NCBI RefSeq assembly: GCF_032444005.1
Contig: NC_091287.1
Coordinates: 36,580,001 to 36,644,000 of the forward strand
Source: Ranitomeya imitator
Taxonomy: Eukaryota
Reading direction: 5' to 3'
DNA length: 64,000 nt
Of the stretch, positions 40,660 through 50,151 are shown piece by piece. The position numbers were made by a program, and so were the translations under genes. Positions within the stretch are counted from its first letter, which is position 1; every line of letters starts with the position of its first letter. The notes beneath the pieces were generated by a model. It was not told the DNA's origin. It did no database searches and worked only from the letters and a program-made list of their open reading frames with translations.

Positions 40660-41585
40660 GATGATGTGCCCTTAAGACCAGTAAATACTGGTCATGCGCC
40701 TTTAAGGCTAGGGGTTACTGGCCATGAGCCTTTAAGACCAGGGAATACTGGTCTTGTGCCTTTTGTAAGATGACATACTGTTCATGTGCCTTTAAAAGCA
40801 GGGCATGCTGAAATCCAGGAGATAATGGTCATGTGCCCTTAAAACCAGGGTATGCTGGTCATTTGCGTTTAAGACCAGGGCGTACTGGTCCTGAGCCTTT
40901 AAGTCCAGGGCATAATGGTCACGTGCCTTAAAGACCAGGGCATACTGGTCGTGTGCCTTTAAAAGCCAGGGCATACTGGACATGAGCCTTTAAGACCAGG
41001 GCATACTGGTCATGTGCCTTGAAAACCAGGACGTACTAGTCATGTGCCTTTAAGACCAGGGCATACTGGTTATTGCGTTTAAGACCAGGGGATACTGGTC
41101 ACGTGCCTTTAAGACCAGGGCATACTGGTCATGGCCTTGAAAAACCAGGACGTACTAGTCATGTGCCTTTAAGACCAGGGCATACTGGTTATAGCGTTTA
41201 AGACCAGGGGATACTGGTCACGTGCCTTTAAGACCAGGGCATACTGGTCATGTGCCTTTAAGACCAGGAAATACTGGTCACGTGCCTTTAAGACAAGGGC
41301 ATACTGGTCATGTGCCTTTAAGACCAGGGTATATTGGACACGTGTCTTTAAGACCAGGGGATACTGGTCACGAGTCTATAAGACCAGGGCATGCTGGTCA
41401 CGTGCCTTTAAGACCAGGAATACTGGTCATGAAAGGAATGTTGGAACAAGTGCCTTAAAGACCAGCAAAGCTGGTAATGTGCCTTTAAGAACAAGAATGC
41501 TGGTCATGCTCCTTTAAGACCAGGGATGCTGGTCATGTGCCTTTAAGACGAGGGCATACTTGCCATGTGCCTTTAAGACCAGTGC
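40660..41585. repeat. 30-bp minisatellite GTGCCTTTAAGACCAGGGCATACTGGTCAT inside DIRS
   Basis: About 30 diverging units; 10-aa periodicity (VPLRPGHTGH). Confidence 0.92.
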
Positions 41586-41659
41586 CTACTGGCCTGATTA
41601 AGTACTAAGGAAAAGGAGACCGGCTTCTGGCAGAGCAGAGAATGCTGGGGATGTGACCC

Positions 41660-42079
41660 GAGTTTGCATCTCGGCTTTGGGAAAATGGCCGCCGCGATCT
41701 CTAATGCGCACGCGCGGCATCCCGCGGCCATTTTCCTGAAGCCCCGTGCAGCAGAGCACTCGATCTGCGCACGCGCGGCCCCAGGAAGATGGCCGCCCCC
41801 ACCGACGAAAGGGATGACAGCGCAGATCGCGCGCTGTGTCTTCACCACTACGCCACTACGCCACCAACGTAAAGCTGAGGAAGAACCAGCGATGTCACCA
41901 CGCCCTCCCGACCTGACCAGCCTGATTGACAGGCGAAAACGGCGACTTTGGTAAGTTATTTCTCAGCATACATGGGGAATCGGGGTACACTACATACACT
42001 ATAGGAACACACAGCGCAGGCCCTATTTAACAGTATTTATAGCTCAATCTCAAAAAACGGGGTGACAGGTTCCCTTTAA
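41660..42079. mobile_element. T2/Kolobok-like MITE right arm inside DIRS
   Basis: Ends GGTGACAGGTTCCCT-TTAA; reverse-complement homologue of 28421-28870. Confidence 0.8.
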
Positions 42080-44084
42080 GTATATAAAAAACAGGGAAAG
42101 CTAGTCCCTTAATGCTGCCGGGATGCGTGCCGGGGGGGGAGATATTGGGGCGATTCACCTTACTCAGGTTCTGAGTCCCCCGTCTGGAATAGCGCTGACT
42201 TCAGCGCTGAAAAACCGCCGGCCGCAGCCCCCTCCAGAAGAAATAGTGACCGCAATGGAGGAGGAAGAAGATGGCCGCCGAGATCTCGTCTGGAACGAGA
42301 AGCGCCTGAATAGGGGGGCGGAGCCGCTAGAAGGGAGCAAGCAGTGGGCGGGGCTTCCCGGGATGCGGCCTAAACAGGGCCGAAGCCGGGGACTAAATTT
42401 ATGGCTTCGGCCGGCGCGCACCCGCAGACTGAGGGGAAAAGTGCCGCGAAGCTCTATGGGGACCCAGTCGCTATGGAGCCCTCCTCTGACCGCCGGAAAA
42501 CCCAAATCTCACGGAGCACTTACCCCAATATGGAGGGGGTGGCAGATGCTGCAGGTAGGAGCTGTGCCCGGGTAGATAGGACGGTGCAGGGTTGGGGAGC
42601 CTCCATCCACCATCCCTGCAGAAGAGGGGTGGAGAGGAACCGTCTGCCTCCTTCCATCATCCGCTTTTTCAGTGGTGATGCAGTGGGGGCTGCTCGGACG
42701 CCACGTTGGAAGGTGCCTCTGTACAGCCGAGGGTAAAACCTGGTGGACAGGGCTGAATGTCCGGCTATAGGCCTGGCTGCAGAAGAGGATACTGAAGGTG
42801 AAACTCCAGTGCTCGTCTGATAAGGGAGGGGGGAGATCGGTGCCCTTGAAGGGGCCCGTCGCCCCTAAAATCAGCTCAGGCAGTGGCTTCCCACGTCGCA
42901 GGAGAGGATACGGAGAGGTAAAACTCCCGTGCTCGCCTGTTGATGGTTCGAGGAGATCGGAACATGAAAGAATCCGTCGCCCCATTCGACCGTAGTAAAA
43001 AGTAAAAAACGGTAAAAAAAAGTTCTTTGGGTCTGAATAGCAGACCCGTCCGTGTGCCTCCTACGGACACTAAGCAAGAACTGGTTAGCTGGGAGCCAGC
43101 AGGAGGGTGTATACTGCAGGGGAGGAGCTAACTTTTTCTTTGTATTACTTAGTGTCAGCCTCCTGGTGGCAGCAGCATACACCCATGGTCTGTGTCCCCC
43201 AATGAGGCGAAGGAGAAATTATTTATTATTATTATTATTTCATCTTCAACTCGCTTAACTGTTCACAATAACAGTAATTTTGACCAGGGGTGCCCAGACT
43301 TTTACATGCCACTGTATGTGACTGCAGACTTGTGAAACTTCACATCGTGCACCATGCGCGCTGTGAGGATTCTCCAGTGTTGCCACAGTCAGACTAGATG
43401 TGCACGGCCTCGCTCATTTCACTTGTATGGCAGGAAGTATGGCTGTCGCATACTTGTGGTCACATCCGCGGTCTCGCAGCTGGCACTGGAGGGTCCTCAC
43501 AGCACGCGCTGCAAATGCTGTGAGGTTTCACAGGTCTGCAGTCACATACAAGGACTGCAGACTTTCATGAAAAACCTGGACTACCCCTTTAATGAAAAAC
43601 GTCAAAAAGAATTCTAGTGAAAAAGGCAGAAATGTATAGTATTTTGGGTTTTGTTTTTATGACATTCTTTGTGCATTATGAAATCTATAGGGAAAATGCA
43701 ACAAAAAAAAAAAAAGTTGACATTTATGGGCTGCATCGCCGGTCAGTTTACACAGGGCCTCCAATATTAAAATTCACAGGGGGACATTATGCATTTCTAC
43801 TGTAGCCAGAGAACGTGTCCACCTGTGGTCTTCAATGTGTCTCTTTAAGGCCTAGTTCAGAGGTTTGTTTCTACACGTGTCCTACCCAAGAAAAACCGGG
43901 ATGTTATAAGTACATGAAAAGCAGACGTATCAGTCTATAGAGCTGTTCACTTGTCCATGGGTTTTTTGGGGGTCTGTGTGTATGCAAAAAAAATAAAAAT
44001 CTGTAGACATGTCTGTCTTTTGTTATCTATAATGAAAAGAACCTAGCACTCAACTTGATGCTTTTAGTGCATAATTTATTGTAG

Positions 44085-44138
44085 TAGTACCCAAACGTTT
44101 CGGTCCTTCATAACGGACCTTCATCAGTAAACGTACTA
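44085..44138 (-). ncRNA. Identical hammerhead ribozyme copy on the - strand
   Basis: Exact reverse complement of 44324-44377 within the left arm. Confidence 0.7.
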
Positions 44139-44323
44139 GTAAGTGGAAAATGAGACCATTAGCAGAGGAGAGTGAAGCCGCTGACAGACCAGCGGTGGAC
44201 ACCGCGTCTGTCAGCGGCTTCACTCTCCTCTGCTAATTTAGTATTACCATACCTATCCGGCCTTACTCTAAAGACGCTGCTCTTTTAGTGCCCCATGACC
44301 CTATGGTCTCATTTTCCACTTAC

Positions 44324-44377
44324 TAGTACGTTTACTGATGAAGGTCCGTTATGAAGGACCGAAACGTTTGGGTACTA
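44324..44377 (+). ncRNA. Minimal type I hammerhead ribozyme (PLE type)
   Basis: CTGATGA(44335-41)-A-GGTCC-gttatgaa-GGACC-GAAA(44361-64)-CGT-T; palindromic helix III AAACGTTT; helix I TAGTA(CG)TTTA / TGGGTACTA. Confidence 0.7.
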
Positions 44378-44625
44378 CTACAATAAATTATGCACTAAAA
44401 GCATCAAGTTGAGTGCTAGGTTCTTTTCATTATACTGTCTTAAGGTGTGGGAACCTAACCTTAGCACCATTTCACCAGTAGTGCATACGGTTATTCTGTT
44501 TGTCTTTTGTTATCTAACTTACGGCTCAAACTTGCCCACCGAAATCAATGCGGCCATGAAAACGGACAGCACGTGGTCGCCATCCTTGTATCGTCTGAGT
44601 GCTGCCTCTTATTTTTCAGTGGGTA

Positions 44626-46762
44626 TATAGCACCTACATAGTATATAGCACAGGCCGCGTAGTATATAGCAAATATTATGTGGCCTGTGCTCTATACTAT
44701 GTGGCTGCTATATACATACATACATACATATTGTAGAATACCCAATACGTTAATACAGGCCACGCAGTATATATCAGTGGCCACGCAGTATATAACACAG
44801 CCCAAACAGTATATACCACAGGCCATGCGCTATATAGCAGCCACGCAGTATATAACACAGCCCACGCAGTATATAACACAGCCCACACAGTATATAACAC
44901 AGCCCACGCAGTATATAATACAGCCCACGCAGTATATAACACAGCCCACGTACTATATAACACAACCTACGCAGTATATAACACAGCCCACTCAGTATAT
45001 AACACAGCCCACGTACTATATAACACAGCCCATGCAGTATATAGTAGCCACGCAGTATATAACACAGGCGACGTAGTATATAACACAGCCCACTTAGTAT
45101 ATAGCAGCCACGCAGTATATAACACAGCCCAAGCCCACGTACTATATAACACAGCCCACGCACTATATAGCAGCCAAGCAGTATATAACACAGGTGACGT
45201 AGTATATAACACTGCCCATGTAGTATATATTACTGCCCACGTAGTATATAGCAGCCACGCGGTGTATAACACAGCCCACGCAGTATATCACACAGCCCAC
45301 GCAGTATATCACACAGCCCACGCAGTATATCACACAGCCCACGCAGTATATCACACAGCCCACGCAGTATATCACACAGCCCACGCAGTATATCACACAG
45401 CCCACGCAGTATATAACACTGCCCATGTAGTATATAGCAGCCATGCAGTGTATAACACAGCCCACGCAGTATATAACACAGGGCACGTAGTATATAGCAC
45501 AGCCCATAGAGTATATAATATATAGCAGCCACGCGGTATATAACACGGCCCACGCAGTATAAAACACAGGGCACGTAGTATATAGCACAGCCCACGCAGT
45601 ATATCACACCGTGCCGAGAAGCGCGGCTGCCGCCATCTTCCGTTCCCAGGATGCATTACGAAATTACCCAGATGACTTAGCGGTCTCGCGAGACCGCTAA
45701 GTCTTCGGGGTAATTACGCAATGCATCTCTGGGAACGGCAGATGGCGGCCGGCGCAAGCGCATCGTCGGACTACGGAAGGTGAGAATAGCAGGTTTGTTT
45801 TTTTATTATTTTTAACATTACATCAGTTTACTATTGATGCTGCATAGGCAGCCTCAATAGTAAAAAGTCCCGCGGCAATGTCGCTGATTGGTCGCGACCA
45901 ATCAGGGAAGCAGGATTTAAATCCCGCGGCAATGACACTGATTGGTCGCGACCAATCAGCGAAGCAGGATTTAAATCCCACGCCAATGTCGCCAATTGGT
46001 CACGTGCGCCGGCTGGGCGCTACCAATCAGCGAAGCAGGATTTAAATCCCGCGCCAATGTCGCTGATTGGTCGCGCACACCGGCTGGGCGCTACCAATCA
46101 GCGAAGCGGGATTTAAATCCCGCGCCAATGTTGCTGACTGGTCGCACACGGCAGCTGGGCGCTACTAATCAGCGAAACGGGATTTAAATCCACTGGCAAT
46201 GTCGCTGATTGGTCGCGCGGTGTATTGCGGTCTTGCGAGATGATGACGTAGTGGTCTCGCGAGACCGCCACGTCATCATCTCGTGAGACTGCAATGCATG
46301 GACCGGTCACCGGAGCGTCGCGAGGAGCGGTAAAGGCCGGTTCTGGATGCGGGGGCCGACGGTGAGTATATAACGATTTTTTATTTTTTTTAATTATTTT
46401 TAACATTAGATCTTTTTACTATTGAGGCTGCATAGGCAGCCTCAATAGTAAAAAGTTGGTCACACAAGGTTAATAGCAGCGTTAAGGGAGTGCGTTACCC
46501 GCGGCATAATGTGGTCCGTTAGCGCTGCCATTAACCCTGTGTGAGCGCTGACTGGAGGGGAGTATGGAGCGGGCACTGACTGCAGGGAGTAAGGAGCGGC
46601 CATTTTTCCACCGGACTGTGCCCGTCGCTGATTGGTCTTGGCTGTTTTGCCGCGACCAATCAGCGACTTGGATTCCATGACAGACAGAGGCCGCGACCAA
46701 TGAATATCCGTGACAGACAGAAGGACAGACAGACGGAAGTGACCCTTAGACAATTATATAGA
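44626..46762 (-). mobile_element. Non-autonomous Helitron C (same family as A/B), 21-bp minisatellite, rearranged 3' end
   Basis: 5' end A|TCTATATAATTGTCTAAGGGTC identical to B; about 350 bp homologous to B. Array (GCAGTATATAACACAGCCCAC)n at about 44760-45610. The 3'-terminal segment lies inverted at about 44678-44762 and lacks CTAG. Confidence 0.85.
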
Positions 46763-48688
46763 TTTTTTTTGCAAAAATGAAATGCCACAAAAAAGGGATG
46801 AAAATCAGATCCAGCAAACTGATGAAAATGGTCCATGTGAATGATGTCAAAGTCAAGATTTAGAGGTCAATATAGGCAAAAAATGGCCAGTCGCATATCT
46901 GAAATGCGGACGTGTAGTCATTGCATACCCTACAAGGGTCTGTAATCTGGACCAGAATAGTGCATGCTGCCATTTTTTATTTCTATCTGGACCATTGGTC
47001 TTGGGTGCTGCCCGTGTGTGGTGCATCGCGCATGTAGCATCGAGCGCTCCGGTGTATGGGAAAGACGACAGATGGCGGGCAGACAAATTACCATCTAATG
47101 TGTATGGGGGGGGGGGTCTTAAGTTGTTTGCGGTACATGATTCAGCATCTTCTTTCTAAAAGAACACCATGGTCCAATTAGGTGATGTTGGGGGTCAGTG
47201 TCCCAAACTACGTATTGTCTATACCGCTACTGGTACATGCGTGAACCTTTCTGCACGTGGCAGTGGAGGGACGCTTGGCCGTCCTATGTCTGTTTAACGC
47301 AGTCCCAGGACTAAGTTTCTTGCACCGTCCATGTCTGCACAGAGAATCTTCTGCCCAAAGGAAGGCTGACGACATAAGGTGTGGAGATGCCAGCGACCAG
47401 GATCAGTGGGCTTCCCAGAGGCAGGACACAACTGATCATATTGTAGCGATATGCCATCAAGATAGGAATACCCAAGTTTTAATACAGACCTTTGAAAAGG
47501 ATATCTGGGGATTCCGTGTTCCAATATGAAGGCCGTCAGTAATGGAGGAACTAATTTCTTTTTCCTCTTGGGTTTTCGTATTAATCAATATAGAGGGAAG
47601 AAAAGGTAACGCCTTGGAAAATTACTCAACATCTGTAGCAGTTTTATTATACATCCCGACACAAGGAAACACAACAGTTTTTGTTCCAATCCCTGGAAAT
47701 CCAGCTTTAAAAAAATAAAATAAAAAAACACAACAACTGTAGTCGCAGGTTTAGAAATATAATAAAGAAACATCTTATTTTTTTCTCCGTGTTTTTATGG
47801 ATCCAGGAAGAGTGTTTTATATTTTTTCATCAGCGATTTCTTTACTTTAAATTTCTGCTTTTTGGGGCGGTTTGGGACGATCTTCTTAACTTTTAGTTCC
47901 TGCAGCTTCACATCTGGCGGACGCTGGGGGGGGGGAGAAGGTTTCTTTTCTGGAGGGGGTCAGAATAACGCTTTCCTCCTCTTCCGACCCATCATCTTCC
48001 ACTGTAACATAGACATCTTCATTTTGCCCACATTCGGTCGGTAGACAAGGGACATGTAGAGGGGGGATTCGTGCCATTATTGCTAACACTTGCTCTCTAA
48101 ACACATCAGAGCTTTTTCGGAAGCCCAGTGCCAGCACATGCCTAATCCCGAGAGCTGGAGCCACGTTCTCGCTGAGCCGCGGCAGCTGACACGCAGGGAC
48201 CTCCCGGCTGTAGCTGAGCTCTATGATGTGCCTGGTGATCATCTCCGGCTCTGCAGACTTACACACCATCACCATGTCCAGGTCGTTCTTCTCCAAGGCC
48301 TTGGTGACCTCATGAGTCCCTATGGCCAGATGTTTCTTGAGATCCGCAAAGGTCCAACCTGTTTTCTGAGCCTCCTCCTTGGTCTTCAGGTTGTCGATTT
48401 TCTTATTGATTTCATCCGAACGTTTTGCTTTATTACCCTTTTTGGATTTTGCTTGGCCCTTCATCTTTTTCATTCCAAGTTCCTCAAACTTTTTCATTAA
48501 AGTCTGCAGGATGGGGCGTGGCCTAGCGAGCGATGTGAGCGGACGTGCGACGGATCTCTCTCCCCGCACCGCTCCTAAATCCCCACCCTTGAAGGCGCCG
48601 CCGAGCGCCGAAAACCGGGCGAAGTTGCTCCGCAGGACCCCTGGGCACGGAGGAGAGTGCCGGAGGCAGCGAAAGGAGAAGAGCGGTA

Positions 48689-49810
48689 ATGCCGCGCAAA
48701 AGACAGTCAGCGCCCGCGGCTGGCGCGAAAATCCAAGATGGCGCCGTGGCAGAGGAGGAGGCGGCCAGAGCCAGCACCGCATACCGCCGGAGGCTTGAGG
48801 TAATCGCCAGGCTGGAGCGGTTTGCTCGGACAGAGGAGGGGGGTGCCCTGCTGCTGGGCCCTGAGGGGCCAGATGAGGAGGAAGTCCCGCAGAGACAGGA
48901 GAGAGGAGGGGATGACACCCTCAGTGTGGTGGAGGAGCGGCTTTCTCCAGGGAAGAGGCAGGAGATGCAAGAGACAACTAACATGTCACCCACCGCCAGT
49001 CCAGTGCAGGCTAAGGACTCTGAGGGTGCGCAGCAATCAAACGTGGGGGAACCTACACTGCAGGACATTTTCTCAGTCGTTATACACTGCAAATCTGCCC
49101 TGGCTGCGCTGAACCTAAGGGTAGACGATTTAACAGTTGAAATGAAGTCCCTTAATTCTGCTATGCGTAAAGTGGAGAAAAGAGTGGAGGTGGTGGAGGA
49201 GCGCGTGGGCAGTGTGGAAGATCAGACAAATGAACTGTTGAAAAGAGAAAAGAGATACATTCAGCGCACTGCAGAACTGGAATTTAAAACAGATGACCTG
49301 GAAAATCGTTCCCGTAGGAACAATCTAAGAATAATTGGGGTGCCGGAGAAGGTGGAGGGGAATAATCCTACGGAATACATTGAGGCATGGCTCAAAAACT
49401 CGGTGGGAGGAGCAGACCTTACCAACCACTTTTCCGTGGAAAGGGCCCATAGAGTCCCCACCCGGCCCCTGCCGCCTGGATCCCCCCCTCGAGCTCTGCT
49501 GGCAAAAATTTTGGACTATCGGGACCGGGAAACCCTACTAAGGAAGGCCAGGATCAGTGACGGACTGAGCATAGACGGAAATCGGATCTCCATTTATCCG
49601 GACTACTCGGCATCGGTGCAGAAACTGAGAATGAGGTTCGGCGAGGTCAAGAGGCGGCTCCGAGACCTGGACCTAAAATATTCGATGTTATACCCGGCTA
49701 AGCTCAGGGTGGTGGCGCTGGACCGTGTTCATTTTTTCCAGAACCCGGAGGAGGCTATGCACTGGCTAGATACCAATACTAAGAAAATTGGCGTGGATCG
49801 GAGCCGATGA
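48689..49810 (+). CDS. L1 ORF1p (373 aa)
   Basis: Coiled coil, LENRSRRNNLRIIGVPE, ERAHR, RRM/CTD, YSMLYPAKLRV. Confidence 0.96.
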   Translation: MPRKRQSAPAAGAKIQDGAVAEEEAARASTAYRRRLEVIARLERFARTEEGGALLLGPEGPDEEEVPQRQERGGDDTLSVVEERLSPGKRQEMQETTNMSPTASPVQAKDSEGAQQSNVGEPTLQDIFSVVIHCKSALAALNLRVDDLTVEMKSLNSAMRKVEKRVEVVEERVGSVEDQTNELLKREKRYIQRTAELEFKTDDLENRSRRNNLRIIGVPEKVEGNNPTEYIEAWLKNSVGGADLTNHFSVERAHRVPTRPLPPGSPPRALLAKILDYRDRETLLRKARISDGLSIDGNRISIYPDYSASVQKLRMRFGEVKRRLRDLDLKYSMLYPAKLRVVALDRVHFFQNPEEAMHWLDTNTKKIGVDRSR

Positions 49811-50151
49811 GACTGACGCTGAGACTTCGTCACTCATTTGTTTATACCCCCTGATGGTGATTTTTGAACTTGTCTTACAGAATGCACCCAAAAGTTTGAA
49901 ATAATGTGCTCGGCGGCGCAAAGAATATTTCATGTTGATAGCGGTGGGAGGGGGAGAGATGGACTGCAAGTGGCTCAGTTCTAGGTTGTATCAAGAGCTC
50001 TCAGTTCTCATACAGAGAAAGAAAGTTTGTACTAGTTGAATTCTATTGAGTTTTAGATGGGGAAGTTGGGAAAGGGGGATGGGAGGGGGTGGGGGGGTGT
50101 CGGGGGAGACCTGAAGGAGACTGCTCTAACTCATTGTTTTTTCTCTAGAAA

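Larger units (their letters stand above)
37301..43219 (-). mobile_element. DIRS1-type tyrosine-recombinase retrotransposon with decayed coding regions
   Basis: Inverted terminal repeats (about 37349-37473 versus about 43083-43205). Internal complementary region 37585-37700 contains the circle junction CCCT-ATTT-CTCC, and the same ATTT occurs at both ends. RNaseH/dam-like remnants (DNVSAV, PGVEHWTADIFSR, WSTPEV..MAS) at 38555-38968; YR C-terminal-like HAFLKHY near 37820. Confidence 0.9.
36040..43314 (+). mobile_element. Degenerate Tc1 transposon interrupted by DIRS
   Basis: TA|CAGTGGCATATAAAGTTTGTGCACCCCTGGT ... ACCAGGGGTGCCCAGACTTTTACATGCCACTG|TA; broken transposase from ATG 36389 (MGSSKQL..., FWKQVLWTNE, MDNDHKHTSKST, QSPDLIIIE); part of the 3' end is missing. 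Confidence 0.9.
35997..43588. mobile_element. T2/Kolobok-like MITE split by the Tc1 insertion (halves 35997-36039 and 43315-43588)
   Basis: TTAA-AAGGGGTTGTCCAG ... CTGGACTACCCCT-TTAA; joining the halves at the TA reconstitutes CAGTCACTCTATGTGACTGCAG as in the paralogous copy at 58075-58783. Confidence 0.85.
44030..44500. mobile_element. Penelope-like element remnant: inverted pseudo-LTR pair with TSD
   Basis: Perfect 132-bp inverted repeat (44028-44159 / 44303-44434); 16-bp direct repeat TGTCTTTTGTTATCTA at 44014-44029 and 44501-44516; hammerhead core followed by AATAAA. Confidence 0.8.

Noticed and set aside
47775-47945. 3' frameshifts in copy 2 as proof of pseudogenisation
   Set aside because: The indels fall in G10 and A6/A7 homopolymers and could be sequencing error; only the L1, the 9-nt deletion and the substitutions were used as evidence.
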